DNA of 64,000 nucleotides from a virus (Duplodnaviria; Heunggongvirae; Uroviricota; Caudoviricetes): IMG/VR virus record IMGVR_UViG_2859810971_000007; one strand, 5' to 3'. Shown piece by piece: positions 11,813 to 22,122 of this stretch (position 1 is its first letter; each line of letters starts with the position of its first letter). The notes under the pieces were generated by a model. It saw only the letters and a program-made list of their open reading frames with translations, ran no database searches and was not told where the DNA came from. The position numbers and the translations under genes were made by a program.

Positions 11813-12754
11813 TTACTGAGAAAGTTTATTGATGGAAAGGAAACCGCCGAAATTACCGGTATTGTTGCGCAACTCACACCCGCGCATACACTTGCTGCAT
11901 TTGTCCTTCCGGATATCCGTTGTTGGTTTGTCGAACTCGTCAGCCACTGCCCTGCCCGTGTAACCACACTCATCAGAACGGTAAGTCCACATACAGGTAT
12001 TCGCCAGCATGATACGCCCCGGGAAAACCGCGCCATCCGTCTCCGTTGGTGTGGCCAGCACAAAAGAGGCACTGACCGCGCTCAGTTCGCTGCACTGCTC
12101 GATGCGCCAGCGGCTGATCACCTCCTGTTCCGGATCGGCGTCGCTGTTTCCGTTGACGAAGTTCACCGCATCCAGAAAACGGGCGTAAACCTTACGCCGG
12201 ACCACCGTTCCGCCGACCAGACTCTGCAGATCTTCCGCCATCCCGGTGACCATGCCGTGCAGGTTAGAGACCGTCAGTGTCGGACGGGCAGCACAGCCCC
12301 TGCCGTTCAGTTCAAACCCCGACCCCTGAATGGGGTATGCCTGATACTGCCGCCCCTGCCAGGTGACCGGCTCACCTTTTTCGTTCTGCTCATTACAGAA
12401 AAAATAACGCTCACCACCGACCTCTGTCAAATCGATTTCCCAGAGCTCCACCCGGGCTGACTGCTCCGCACGGGTGCATTCATTCAGTGTTTCCTGCCGG
12501 ATATCCTGCATCAGTTTCCAGTCATAAGGTGGCGTCCACTGAAATGCGCGGACGCCACCGTGCCGTTCCAGAAAGGCTTTTAAAGATGGGTGTTCACCTT
12601 TACGAACACGTATCGTCACGCTGTAAGTCGACAACTGGTTATTCAGTCCCGCCGCACGACGCTGTTCATAACCATCGCCCAGCTTCACTGTCACCACTTT
12701 CGGCTCTGATACCACATTCATATCCGGGCGCACTTTCCAGTGAAACGTCTCCAT
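11813..12754 (-). CDS. minor tail proteins M and L in one continuous reading frame
   Basis: 313-aa ORF: M-like N-terminus (METFHWKVRPDM...) runs without a stop into L (MQDIRQETLNE...) at 12511. Confidence 0.7.
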   Translation of the reverse strand: METFHWKVRPDMNVVSEPKVVTVKLGDGYEQRRAAGLNNQLSTYSVTIRVRKGEHPSLKAFLERHGGVRAFQWTPPYDWKLMQDIRQETLNECTRAEQSARVELWEIDLTEVGGERYFFCNEQNEKGEPVTWQGRQYQAYPIQGSGFELNGRGCAARPTLTVSNLHGMVTGMAEDLQSLVGGTVVRRKVYARFLDAVNFVNGNSDADPEQEVISRWRIEQCSELSAVSASFVLATPTETDGAVFPGRIMLANTCMWTYRSDECGYTGRAVADEFDKPTTDIRKDKCSKCMRGCELRNNTGNFGGFLSINKLSQ

Positions 12755-15700
12755 TACCGGTATGCTCCACTTAACCGGCCACCATCACGGGCCTGCTGTT
12801 GCATAAAGTCCGCGGCCGCTTTTTTCCCGAGGTCATAAACCACCTTCAGGGCAGCCGGACCTATCTGCCCGTTCGTGCCGTCGTTATTGATCTCAATGTT
12901 GTACTGCGGGGCAAACATCACCATGCCTGAACCACCAGTATCCGCCACAACCCCCAGCTTACCATCAGCACCGCGACGCAGTGGCAGAATGGCTTCAGGT
13001 CCCGCTTCCCCCATCACACCCGCGCCTTTTGCAAAAGCAAAAAACGTCGGACGGTTAACCACCGTGCCACTGTAGCGACTCAAATCAGCAGACTGGTAAA
13101 CACCGCCATCAGCATTAGTCGTGAAGCCGAATAAAGAACCGACGCCCTTTACCGCCTGCATCATGGCCATCTGTGCCATAATTCTGGCCATATCTGACAA
13201 CAGGGAAGAGGTGAAGGATTTAAAATTCAGCTTACCGGTGGTACAGAATGTCGCCAGAGCATTACCGGCACTGCTGAATGCCACTGTAAACATCTGTTCT
13301 GCCGTTCCCGCCGCATTATCCGCATCCGCCGTAAAATTCTGAAACGCCCGCATGGCACCGTTTTTCCAGTCGCCCTGCGCCACTTCCAGTTCCTGCCAGT
13401 AGCGTTTGTTTTCATTCAGTTGTCGCTTCAGGCTCCCCTTCAGCACCTCCTCAGCCCTCCGGTAGTCCTCCGTCCCGTAAGTGCCTTTCTGGCGACTGTC
13501 ATTCTCAAGCTGTTGCAACTGTTGCCGGTATTCCTGCCGGATGCGCAACTGTGCCTGGTAGCGCTGCCGCTGCTTATCCCCCATACCTGCAGTGGCAATA
13601 TCCAGATTGTGCTGCTCACGCAGTGCACGTTCTTTGTCTGCCAGCTGGCTGGTCAGCTGAACCGTTTTTTTTCTCAGGTCGTTAAGCGCTGTCTGTTTCT
13701 GCAGCTCCTGCTGTTTCACATCCAGCAGCGTCAGCGCCTGAATCAGCTCATTCTTACGGGCCAGCACACTCTTTTCATCTGCCGTCAGCTTTTTCCCGTC
13801 CAGGTCGCTGATGCGCTGCTGCAGGGCCAGAAGCTGTTTATGCGCTTCAGTCATCCTTTCAGTGGCAATGCCTGCTGACTGTCTGGCAGCAGCAATCTGC
13901 CCTTCCACCTGTGCCTGCTGCTGACTGTACTGCAGCAATAACCGGGTGGCCTCATCATTACGGGTTGCCCGTGTATTTTTCTTAATGGCTTTTTCGTAAC
14001 GTTCATTTTCACGCTGTATCGCCGCATCCCTGACAGCCTGGTCGGCGTACTGCATGGCATTAATACGCGCAATTTCCCGCTGATGTCGTGCAGCTTCCGT
14101 TTCATTCATCCGGTTCAGCGCGGCATTTTCAGCATTCCGGCGTTTCTGTTGCTCCTGGTAATTCCGTTCTGCCTGCGCTTTTGCATCCTGCAAATCCTTC
14201 CGGCGTTTTTTCTCCTGAAGATCGTTAAGACGCTGCTGATCGTACTCCACCTGTGTGGAGGCGTTTGTCCACGGATATTTTTTCGCGCGCTGAATTTTTT
14301 CCTGTAACGCATCAATCTGCGCATCCAGCGAGTCTTCACGACCAATATTCATGGCCGCATCCCAGAACTGCTTCCACCAGTCAGACAAGGTTTGCAGCGT
14401 ACTACCCAGCGCATTGAGATTATTATCAATATCAGATGTGCGTTTACCGGTTTCCTCTGCCAGCGCAGACATGGCGATCCGGGCCGCATCACTGGACCGC
14501 CCCTGCTCCCCAAGGACGCGTATCTGCTCAAGCTGAGTGGCATTCAAAAAATGCAGCGCATTGTCCAGCGCCTTCGCGGCATTTACAGGATCATCCTTCA
14601 GCCGCTTAAACTGATTTATGGTATCGCTGACCGACTGGCCAACCGATCGCTCCATCTGTGCGGCAGCTTTCGCCACCATACCAATATCGTTTCCATGAAA
14701 TGCCCCACTGCCCACCACCTGTGCCAGCGCACCGGCTGCCGCATGTTGCGTGATACCATTCCCGGATATGGCCCGGCTGAGTTTCCACAACTGCCCGACA
14801 GTGACACCGGCATAATGTCCCGTCAGCGCCAGCTGACGGTTAAATTTCTCGCCCTCCTTCCGGCCGTCATGCCAGGCTTTACCCAGACCCAGGACCGCCG
14901 CGACAAGTCCGCCAATAACGCCGCCAGTCATCATGCCTTTCGGCGACATCAGTGCGCCTGTCCATCCGGCACGGTTAGCCAGCGTTATCCCGGATCCCCT
15001 CAGCGCACCAAAATTGCCGCGCGCCATCTGACTGATTAACACCCCCAGCTCCCGCCGGGCTGCCGCACTTTTCAGCCCCAGCGAATGTGTGGCTTTTCCT
15101 GCCCGCTCCATTTTGCGGATATACACTTCTGCAGCACTGCTTACCCCCAGCTGAGCCGCCCTGGCGCGAAGCAACTCAGAAGACGACAGATTCTGGCGGG
15201 TTGCCTGCTCTTTAAGCTGGCGGATAAACGCCGCTTTCTGCCGGGTGGCCTGTTCCTCTGCCTGCGTCAGGGCACGGGTTTTCGCCGTGATCTCCGAAAT
15301 CAGCGCCAGATAATCCTGCTGACCAACCCCGCCACTGTTTCTGGCCTGTCGGATCTGCTGCTGAATACGCTGTAATTCCTGAAGCCCCGCACCGGCCTGT
15401 TTCACACTGTCAATCTGGCGATAAAAGGCGGCAGCCGCTTTATCCTGCGCCTCCGCCAGTGCCCTGGCCTGCGCCTGTTCCTCGCGCATTTTCTGATTCA
15501 GGGCATCCACGCGCAGACGGGTTTGTTCCACCTCACGGGCCATGCGTTCATGAGCCCGTGCATTCTTCTCCACCGTCTGCGCATGGGCTGATGCTGCTGT
15601 TGCAGCCGAAGAAGCCGCCTGCATTGTCTGCCGGGCCGCCTGAGTCTGACGCTCCATAAAACGCTGCATACGGGCAGAAGACCGTTCTGCATCGCTGGCT

Positions 15701-15795
15701 GCACCATTCAGAAGGTTTTTGATACGGGGAATTTCATTTTTAAACTCTGCCGCATCAATCCCCAAATCAATGACCAGGTTGGCTATCTGGTCCAT
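12754..15795 (-). CDS. H: tail tape measure protein
   Basis: Long coiled-coil Ala/Gln-rich ORF; likely start MDQIANLVIDLGIDAAEF at 15795; C-terminus matches recalled lambda H. Confidence 0.85.
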   Translation of the reverse strand: MDQIANLVIDLGIDAAEFKNEIPRIKNLLNGAASDAERSSARMQRFMERQTQAARQTMQAASSAATAASAHAQTVEKNARAHERMAREVEQTRLRVDALNQKMREEQAQARALAEAQDKAAAAFYRQIDSVKQAGAGLQELQRIQQQIRQARNSGGVGQQDYLALISEITAKTRALTQAEEQATRQKAAFIRQLKEQATRQNLSSSELLRARAAQLGVSSAAEVYIRKMERAGKATHSLGLKSAAARRELGVLISQMARGNFGALRGSGITLANRAGWTGALMSPKGMMTGGVIGGLVAAVLGLGKAWHDGRKEGEKFNRQLALTGHYAGVTVGQLWKLSRAISGNGITQHAAAGALAQVVGSGAFHGNDIGMVAKAAAQMERSVGQSVSDTINQFKRLKDDPVNAAKALDNALHFLNATQLEQIRVLGEQGRSSDAARIAMSALAEETGKRTSDIDNNLNALGSTLQTLSDWWKQFWDAAMNIGREDSLDAQIDALQEKIQRAKKYPWTNASTQVEYDQQRLNDLQEKKRRKDLQDAKAQAERNYQEQQKRRNAENAALNRMNETEAARHQREIARINAMQYADQAVRDAAIQRENERYEKAIKKNTRATRNDEATRLLLQYSQQQAQVEGQIAAARQSAGIATERMTEAHKQLLALQQRISDLDGKKLTADEKSVLARKNELIQALTLLDVKQQELQKQTALNDLRKKTVQLTSQLADKERALREQHNLDIATAGMGDKQRQRYQAQLRIRQEYRQQLQQLENDSRQKGTYGTEDYRRAEEVLKGSLKRQLNENKRYWQELEVAQGDWKNGAMRAFQNFTADADNAAGTAEQMFTVAFSSAGNALATFCTTGKLNFKSFTSSLLSDMARIMAQMAMMQAVKGVGSLFGFTTNADGGVYQSADLSRYSGTVVNRPTFFAFAKGAGVMGEAGPEAILPLRRGADGKLGVVADTGGSGMVMFAPQYNIEINNDGTNGQIGPAALKVVYDLGKKAAADFMQQQARDGGRLSGAYR

Positions 15796-16096
15796 AACGC
15801 ACACCTCCGGAAATACCTTCCCCAAGATGCATCAGTTCTTCGTCCGTTCGCTCCGGTATCCCGTTCTCTTCCGGTAAAAGGCTGAAATCAGCCACCGCAG
15901 CATCGCTGCTGCCGGACACCATTCTCACGATCAATGCCTTCAGCGAGGCAAACTGCGCATCCATCCACACATCACTGAAGCTCTGCATCCGGAAATAATC
16001 GCCCCACTCACCAAGCTCAGTGGCCGACATATCCGACAGCATCCGCCGCCAGTCTGCCCGCCGGAACTCCCGGGCAAGCCGCATGACAAACTGCAT
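15767..16096 (-). CDS. T: tail assembly chaperone T frame (expected as G-T fusion by -1 frameshift)
   Basis: ORF in the -1 frame relative to G, overlapping the G stop, as in lambda. Confidence 0.7.
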   Translation of the reverse strand: MQFVMRLAREFRRADWRRMLSDMSATELGEWGDYFRMQSFSDVWMDAQFASLKALIVRMVSGSSDAAVADFSLLPEENGIPERTDEELMHLGEGISGGVRYGPDSQPGH

Positions 16097-16104
16097 TTCC
16101 CGCG

Positions 16105-16509
16105 TCAGGACTTTTCCGGCGTCAGCGCCTCATGATCATCATCCCCGGCATTCTCAATGGTCCCCATACCGCTCAGCGACAGAACCCTCTCCGCCCCCGC
16201 GCCCAGCGCATCATACGACCATGTTGTCATAATGGATGCGCAAAGCGTCTCAACATCCTGAGACTGCTCAGCATTCCACAGTGAGCGGGAAACCAGCCAG
16301 GCATTGATATCCATTCCCATACGCAGAAAAGCAATCTGTCGTTCAGCCTCCGGCAGTTCTCCCTCCTGTGCATCAAACTTTGCCGTTCGCTGCTGAACAA
16401 ACGTCAGATATTCAATTCTCTGCAGCCCGGACAGCTCACTGAGCACCACGGACTGTTTTTCATAATTAAACGTATCCTGTTTCAGAAACATCATGTTCTC
16501 CGGATGCAA
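16105..16509 (-). CDS. G: tail assembly chaperone G
   Basis: ORF directly upstream of the T frame; probable start MFLKQDTF at 16491. Confidence 0.8.
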   Translation of the reverse strand: MHPENMMFLKQDTFNYEKQSVVLSELSGLQRIEYLTFVQQRTAKFDAQEGELPEAERQIAFLRMGMDINAWLVSRSLWNAEQSQDVETLCASIMTTWSYDALGAGAERVLSLSGMGTIENAGDDDHEALTPEKS

Positions 16510-16549
16510 AAAGCCCCGGATAACCGGGGCAATGATGAGTATCGTCCTG

Positions 16550-17290
16550 TTATGGTGCGCTGACGGTCACCGCAGCCACTGCCACAAACTCTCCGTCAGA
16601 GGTCATGCCCACGATGCTGACACTGCCCTGCTTCACGCCTTTCACCGTGGCCACAAGCCCGCTCAGGGTCACCGAAGCAGTCTGAGGATCTGACGAATGC
16701 ACACTGATCGCTTTGTCACTGGCCCCGTCAGGTTTTACTGTAAAGGTCAGTGTGGTGGTTGCTCCCGCTTTGACACTGGCAGATGCCGGTGCCACCGTCA
16801 GTCCGGTAACACCCACGGTTTCAGTGCCTTCCTCTGCCAGATACGGACGCCCCACACCGCTGATTTTCACAGTGCGGGTCATCACGTCTTTTGAGGCAAT
16901 GGTTTTACCCAGTGAGCTCAGCCAGCCGCGGAAAACATCAACAGTGCCGTTGGGATATTTGATACGAAACGCGCAGACTTCACCGGAGTCGAACAACTGA
17001 ACCAGTTTTTTCTGCCCGCTGTCACCCGGACGCCAGGCCAGCGTCGCCGAAGTATCACCAACGGATTTCTGCCCCTGGGTTGTCGTTTTCCAGTCTGCAT
17101 CTTCATCATCGAGATAAGTGTCATCTTCTGCATCAGCGGTCATTTCGCCAGGTTGCAGATCCTTCACCATCGCAAGACGCAGCCAGTCAGTGTCCGACAA
17201 AGGGTTCGCAAACGCATCGCCGTTGCCGGTATACATCCAGAACGTCGTCCCCGCACCTTTCGTCTTTGCCAGTGGATTTGGTGTGGTCAT
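16550..17290 (-). CDS. V: major tail protein V
   Basis: Start MTTPNPLAKTKGAGTT at 17290 preceded by AAGGAGG; similar to recalled lambda V. Confidence 0.85.
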   Translation of the reverse strand: MTTPNPLAKTKGAGTTFWMYTGNGDAFANPLSDTDWLRLAMVKDLQPGEMTADAEDDTYLDDEDADWKTTTQGQKSVGDTSATLAWRPGDSGQKKLVQLFDSGEVCAFRIKYPNGTVDVFRGWLSSLGKTIASKDVMTRTVKISGVGRPYLAEEGTETVGVTGLTVAPASASVKAGATTTLTFTVKPDGASDKAISVHSSDPQTASVTLSGLVATVKGVKQGSVSIVGMTSDGEFVAVAAVTVSAP

Positions 17291-17300
17291 TACCACCTCC

Positions 17301-17701
17301 TTAATTCGTGTACGTGATCTGGTACGTGATTTCCGCCATCGCCCAGGTGGCCATCTCATTATCACGTTGATAGTTAAAACCGAGTGGGATCATGGTGTCG
17401 ATGAGTCCGGAAAGCACCGGAATATCCTTCATGGCCGGAAATATGGTGTTCTCCATCCACGTATCCAGCTCAGAATCCGGCGCCTGTGCACGGACGAAAA
17501 CGGCAATATGCAGAACAGCCTGCCAGTCGTCCTCATCCGTCATTTTTCCGGTGTACTGCGCATCACTCAGCCACACCGCCACGGCGGGCAGTTCCTGCGC
17601 ATCAATAAATGCCGGAAGCCCGTCAAAAAGCACGACATTCCCCCGCATTCGCCCTTCAGGCTTGCCAGTACTGCCTGGCGGATTTGTGTGTGCCTGTTCA
17701 T
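17301..17701 (-). pseudogene. U: tail terminator U with first ~20 codons in a different frame
   Basis: ATG at 17701 gives MNRHTQIRQAVLASLKG (U-like N-terminus); the rest (17301-17648) is in another frame; junction at G5/C5 run 17640-17644. Confidence 0.65.
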
Positions 17702-18282
17702 CCCAAATGTATCCTCAGTTGCTGTTTCAGGGCATACCCCAGCTGTTTCGGCATTTCCGCAGCAATGATGCGGTCGCGGGCATCTTCAAATGCCTGTGTC
17801 AGCGGTCCGGACATCGGGATTTTCACCACATCAATGGGGTAACGATTTTTGCCGTCAATACGCCGCATCACATGCCAGCGACCATTCGCCAGTTGCTGAA
17901 TAAACGCATCCCGGAAAAGGTATTTCCCCACTTTCAGTACGCTGCCACGATGACGTGAGTTGCTGCCATGCCGGGAGCGGGCCAGTCTGACCTGTGCGGT
18001 ACCCAGCTTAATGGCGGGCAGGTTACCCCGGTTAACACGCATGCGGGCATACATTTTTCCTGAGGGGCTGGCTTTAAGCAGCCTGACACGCTCCCTGACC
18101 GTTTTCAGGGGAATACCTTTCACCTGGTTATCCCCGGCAACGGTATTCTGCGCAACCTGCCGTGTGGCGACAGAAACAATCTTTGCCGCCACACGGTTTA
18201 CCGCCCATGCGCTGGTCTGTGGCACCATGCGGGTATCGAGGCTGTTCAGATTGCGGATGGCATTCTCAAGTCCCTTCATCAT
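17698..18282 (-). CDS. Z: tail completion protein Z
   Basis: 194-aa ORF in lambda Z position between U and FII. Confidence 0.8.
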   Translation of the reverse strand: MMKGLENAIRNLNSLDTRMVPQTSAWAVNRVAAKIVSVATRQVAQNTVAGDNQVKGIPLKTVRERVRLLKASPSGKMYARMRVNRGNLPAIKLGTAQVRLARSRHGSNSRHRGSVLKVGKYLFRDAFIQQLANGRWHVMRRIDGKNRYPIDVVKIPMSGPLTQAFEDARDRIIAAEMPKQLGYALKQQLRIHLG

Positions 18283-18642
18283 ATCGCCTCATTCTGGCAT
18301 TATTCTGTGGGGCAGGACTGCCCCGCCTTAACCGGATATAACAGCATCCCCCGTCATCCGGAGTAATACGATCCACAAAGAAAGAATCATCCCCGATAGT
18401 TAACGTATCCTGACGGCGTAACTGCGATATATCTGCCGTTTTCACAAACAGGCACGGTGAGGAATCCTCAAGCCGGATCCCCCGGCAACAAAAGAAATAC
18501 TTTCGGGATCATCAAAAACCCCTGTCAGGTGTGTCCCCTCAAGTTCTCCGGACGTAATGACGGCGCTGATCCCCATATCACGGAGAATGACTTCATTGAC
18601 ACCGGCAAGCGCAGCATCAAACAGATTATCGAAACCGTCCAC
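18283..18642 (-). pseudogene. FII: head-tail joining protein FII, frameshifted
   Basis: N-terminal ORF MDGFDNLFDAA...; FII-like C-terminus (SSPCLFVKT...LTIGDDSFFVDRITPDDGG) readable in another frame; C5 run at 18479-18483. Confidence 0.65.
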
Positions 18643-18653
18643 GACATCTCCTG

Positions 18654-19040
18654 TTACTGCCTTTTTGCCAGACCACCTGCCGCCATGCTGGCAGCCACCT
18701 CAGCAGAAACACGAAACGACGTTCCCGGTGAAACAAATATCACTGAACCATTACATTTTGTATGCAGTGTCGCCAATGCCACCACCGTAACCTGCCCCGT
18801 TTCGTCTCCGGTAACAATGCCTGGCTGTTCAGGAACTGACTCGCCTTTATGCGCGGTCGGATCATCTTTCGATGGTGAGTACGTATCCGGCTCTGCGACC
18901 TCCCCCGCATCTCCAAGCTCTTCCTCCAGTTCCGCCACTCGCTGCGCAATATCTGCCGCACTACCGGAGACATCCGGTTCACGCCCCAGCCTCTCAGCCA
19001 GCTCACAAAGACGTTTCAGGTTTTCTTCTTTCGTAGCCAT
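18654..19040 (-). CDS. FI: DNA packaging protein FI
   Basis: Start MATKEENLKRL at 19040 with RBS; C-terminus similar to recalled lambda FI. Confidence 0.8.
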   Translation of the reverse strand: MATKEENLKRLCELAERLGREPDVSGSAADIAQRVAELEEELGDAGEVAEPDTYSPSKDDPTAHKGESVPEQPGIVTGDETGQVTVVALATLHTKCNGSVIFVSPGTSFRVSAEVAASMAAGGLAKRQ

Positions 19041-19091
19041 ACCCGCTCCTGATTGAATGAAAAACGGGAGCATTTAGCTCCCGCTCACGGA

Positions 19092-20120
19092 TTATTTCAC
19101 CTGCACCACCACAAACTCATCCGGATCCGGCAGCACCATCAGCGGCGCGGACTGCGTCATGGTGAATTCACGCGCCGGATCACCCACGGTCAGCCAGTGT
19201 TTCGGATAACGGGAAGACGCCACCACGCCTTCAGACAATGCCTGCGCATCCTGAATGGCACCGTAGCAACGAATACCCTCTGCGGCCGTATTTCCCAGTA
19301 CCAGTGTGCCGTCCGGCAGATAACGTTTTTCGGTACCGTCCTCTGCCACATAGGACGTTTTTGCCACCACGATTGCCAGATCACCATAATACCCTTTGAA
19401 GGACACCACCGCCCCCAGGTCTTTCACTGCCGTTTCCAGCTGTGAATTTGAGCCACGACGGGTATCCAGTTTTTCGCGGAACAGCTTAAAGCCATTCAGC
19501 AGACGCCAGACCTTACCATCCATAATGGCAATATTGATGGTGCCGGAAGCAAAATCACAGTACGCATCCAGATCATGCGTCGGATCAAAGGTATCGCGGT
19601 CCTGAGCGCTCCACTCCGTCCCTCCTGCCTGCGTAATGTTATTTCCCACCGACCGGCCAAAATCGACCTCAACAGTTTCAAACTGCTCTCCTTCCATGGT
19701 GTATTTGCCATACAGCACGGCATTCACCGCCTGCATCTCTTCCACCTGGACAATGGCGTGCTCTTCCTGTTTGAGGTTATCGGTGATGATACGCAGGCGA
19801 CGGTAAGCCGGGTCGTTCAGCTGGGCCGGATCTTCACCGGGAAGACGATCCACCGCCTGCTGGTAATTAAATTCGTGTTTCGGCTTAACGTAGCCCGGGC
19901 GCAGTACACGAGTTTCACCGCCACGGTGACGCAACACCTTTCCTTCAACAACCGGGGAGACATAGGCCGCCACCGGCGTTTTTCCGGTAATTTTGTCCAG
20001 CATTACCTCTTCGGTATGGAAATTCACCGTACGGCGGAAAAACAGCTCCAGAAACAGCGCACGAAATTTAACTTTTTGTTCGGTATAACCGAGTAACTGG
20101 CGGGTCGTAAACAATCCCAT
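19092..20120 (-). CDS. E: major capsid protein E
   Basis: 342-aa ORF in lambda E position, consistent in length and sequence character with lambda E. Confidence 0.9.
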   Translation of the reverse strand: MGLFTTRQLLGYTEQKVKFRALFLELFFRRTVNFHTEEVMLDKITGKTPVAAYVSPVVEGKVLRHRGGETRVLRPGYVKPKHEFNYQQAVDRLPGEDPAQLNDPAYRRLRIITDNLKQEEHAIVQVEEMQAVNAVLYGKYTMEGEQFETVEVDFGRSVGNNITQAGGTEWSAQDRDTFDPTHDLDAYCDFASGTINIAIMDGKVWRLLNGFKLFREKLDTRRGSNSQLETAVKDLGAVVSFKGYYGDLAIVVAKTSYVAEDGTEKRYLPDGTLVLGNTAAEGIRCYGAIQDAQALSEGVVASSRYPKHWLTVGDPAREFTMTQSAPLMVLPDPDEFVVVQVK

Positions 20121-20177
20121 AAATCAGTTCCTTTCATTCAGAAATCAGTCAGGCTACCGCAGTGACCTGATAAAATG

Positions 20178-20525
20178 TTACGGCAGCGCTGCGTGACTCA
20201 GGGCACTGCCGGCAAAGGCATTCGCCTTTTTGTGTGTATCCACTCTCTCAGGCCAGTGGATGGCCTCCATCGCAAAGGTCCCCGACTTGTAATACGTCAG
20301 CACCGTCTCTGTACCTTCAAGCGGCAGTACCAGTATGCCAACCACATGGCCTGCCTTCTGTCCGTCCCAGACCACCAGTTTCCCGGTATCCTCATCCAGC
20401 ATCAGGGGCGTCAGAGCCGGTGTTGCCGAGGAAATCCCGCAGCTGCCTGTGGCGGTATGGGCCGGATCATTACCGGCAAAAATACGTACTTCCGCACGCT
20501 GTTCAGTGATGGTTTTCGTTACCAT
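20178..20525 (-). CDS. D: head decoration protein D
   Basis: 115-aa ORF with NDPAHTAT and YYKSGTF motifs. Confidence 0.85.
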   Translation of the reverse strand: MVTKTITEQRAEVRIFAGNDPAHTATGSCGISSATPALTPLMLDEDTGKLVVWDGQKAGHVVGILVLPLEGTETVLTYYKSGTFAMEAIHWPERVDTHKKANAFAGSALSHAALP

Positions 20526-20561
20526 ATTGTAAAAACCTCATATTGATGGTCAGCACTGACT

Positions 20562-22067
20562 TCATGGCATGGCCATGAGCATTTTCACGTCCGCATCACC
20601 GTCTGCTGACGTCTGTGGCACGCCACCCTGTACCGCTGCCGGTGAATGGTTCGCCATGAAATGTTCAAACATGGCGGTTGTGGATGCAGAAACCGGTTCT
20701 GCCCTGCCTGAGGCTGCCGCCAGTACAGCCCGGGCATTCTCCACGGTCATCCCCGGACAGGCCGCCAGTTTTTCAGCCTGCGCCTCTGCCCCTTTTGCCT
20801 CATCCAGGGCCATAATCTGATCACGAAGTGAGGGTCCGGCATTCGCCTGCGGTGAAGCAGCCAGAATCGGACGGGCTTTTTCCACCGTCATCTCCGGCAT
20901 CGCCGCCAGCGTTGCCGCCAGTTGTTCACGTCCTTTCGCCTCTTCACATGCCATAATGCGATCGGCTTCACTCTGCGCAGATACACCAGATTGTTGCGGT
21001 GCCGCCACGGCCAGAATCGCCCGGGCCTGCTCAACGCTCATACCCTGTTGCCCTGCCAGCATCGTGGCCAGTTGTTCACGTCCTTTCGCTTCCTGACACG
21101 TCAGGATCCCCATCACTCGCTGGTTCTCCTGCGCGGCAGCCTCCGTTGCAGTTAATTGCGGCATAGTGCCTCCTGTATCGTGTGTGTTCAGCGTCGCAGC
21201 CATCACGCTGATGGCGTCCGACGCATTGATTAATTCATCCGCCAGTTCGGCCTCAATACCGGACTGACCTTCAAAAACGGCGGCCTCTGTTCCCATAACC
21301 GCATCCACAGATAAACCGGTATACATCGCCACTTTTTCAGCAAACATCCGGCGCGCCGCATCAATGCGCTGCTGCATGTCCTGGCGAACCTTTGCTGGCA
21401 GGGATTCAAACTGATTGCCATCCACCTTGTGCGATCCGGCGTAAATCAGCGTGATATCCACACCGGCCTGTGCCAGATGACCGGCATAGCTGACATGGCC
21501 CATCATCACCCCAATGGAGCCGATACGGGATGTCTGGGTAACCAGCCGTCGGGAGCAGGCCGATGCCAGTAACATGGCGGCTGAACAGGCCGTGTCATTG
21601 CACAGTGCCCAGACAGGCTTCAGCTGCCGGAGACGGTAAATCATGTCAGCGCAGTCAAACGCGCCGGTGGCCTGCCCGCCAGGACTGTCAATGTCCAGCA
21701 GTACGCCCCGTACCTGAGTGTCCGCCATTGCCTGCTGAAGACAGGCGACAATGCCGTCATAGCCAGTCATTCCGGAAAATGGCCGCATGCCACCCAGCCG
21801 GTGTACCAGCGTGCCGGTCACCGGCAGTACAGCAATACCGTTCACCACCCGGTAAACACGGGCAGGTCGTTTGCCTCCGGCCATGTACTCGTCCGTTTCA
21901 GCCAGCATCCCGGGAGCGTCAAGCTGTACCAGCTGTTGCGGTACCGAAAGGCTTGCTGCGCCCATCTCACGCCCGAGCGCGCAAAAGAAAACCCGCGCAT
22001 AGGCGGGCTCCAGAAGCAGCGGCTCATTGAATGCCGCAGCGATAATATGTGAAAGATTACGTCTCAC
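20562..22067 (-). CDS. C: head protease/scaffold C-Nu3 (S49/ClpP-like) with three tandem C-terminal repeats
   Basis: 501-aa ORF; peptidase-like N-terminal half; three ~48-50-aa repeats containing EAKGREQLA. Confidence 0.8.
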   Translation of the reverse strand: MRRNLSHIIAAAFNEPLLLEPAYARVFFCALGREMGAASLSVPQQLVQLDAPGMLAETDEYMAGGKRPARVYRVVNGIAVLPVTGTLVHRLGGMRPFSGMTGYDGIVACLQQAMADTQVRGVLLDIDSPGGQATGAFDCADMIYRLRQLKPVWALCNDTACSAAMLLASACSRRLVTQTSRIGSIGVMMGHVSYAGHLAQAGVDITLIYAGSHKVDGNQFESLPAKVRQDMQQRIDAARRMFAEKVAMYTGLSVDAVMGTEAAVFEGQSGIEAELADELINASDAISVMAATLNTHDTGGTMPQLTATEAAAQENQRVMGILTCQEAKGREQLATMLAGQQGMSVEQARAILAVAAPQQSGVSAQSEADRIMACEEAKGREQLAATLAAMPEMTVEKARPILAASPQANAGPSLRDQIMALDEAKGAEAQAEKLAACPGMTVENARAVLAAASGRAEPVSASTTAMFEHFMANHSPAAVQGGVPQTSADGDADVKMLMAMP

Positions 22068-22122
22068 GTGATGTTGTCTCCTCTTCCGGCCTGCGACTCT
22101 CCGCTATCTGCTGCTGATACGC

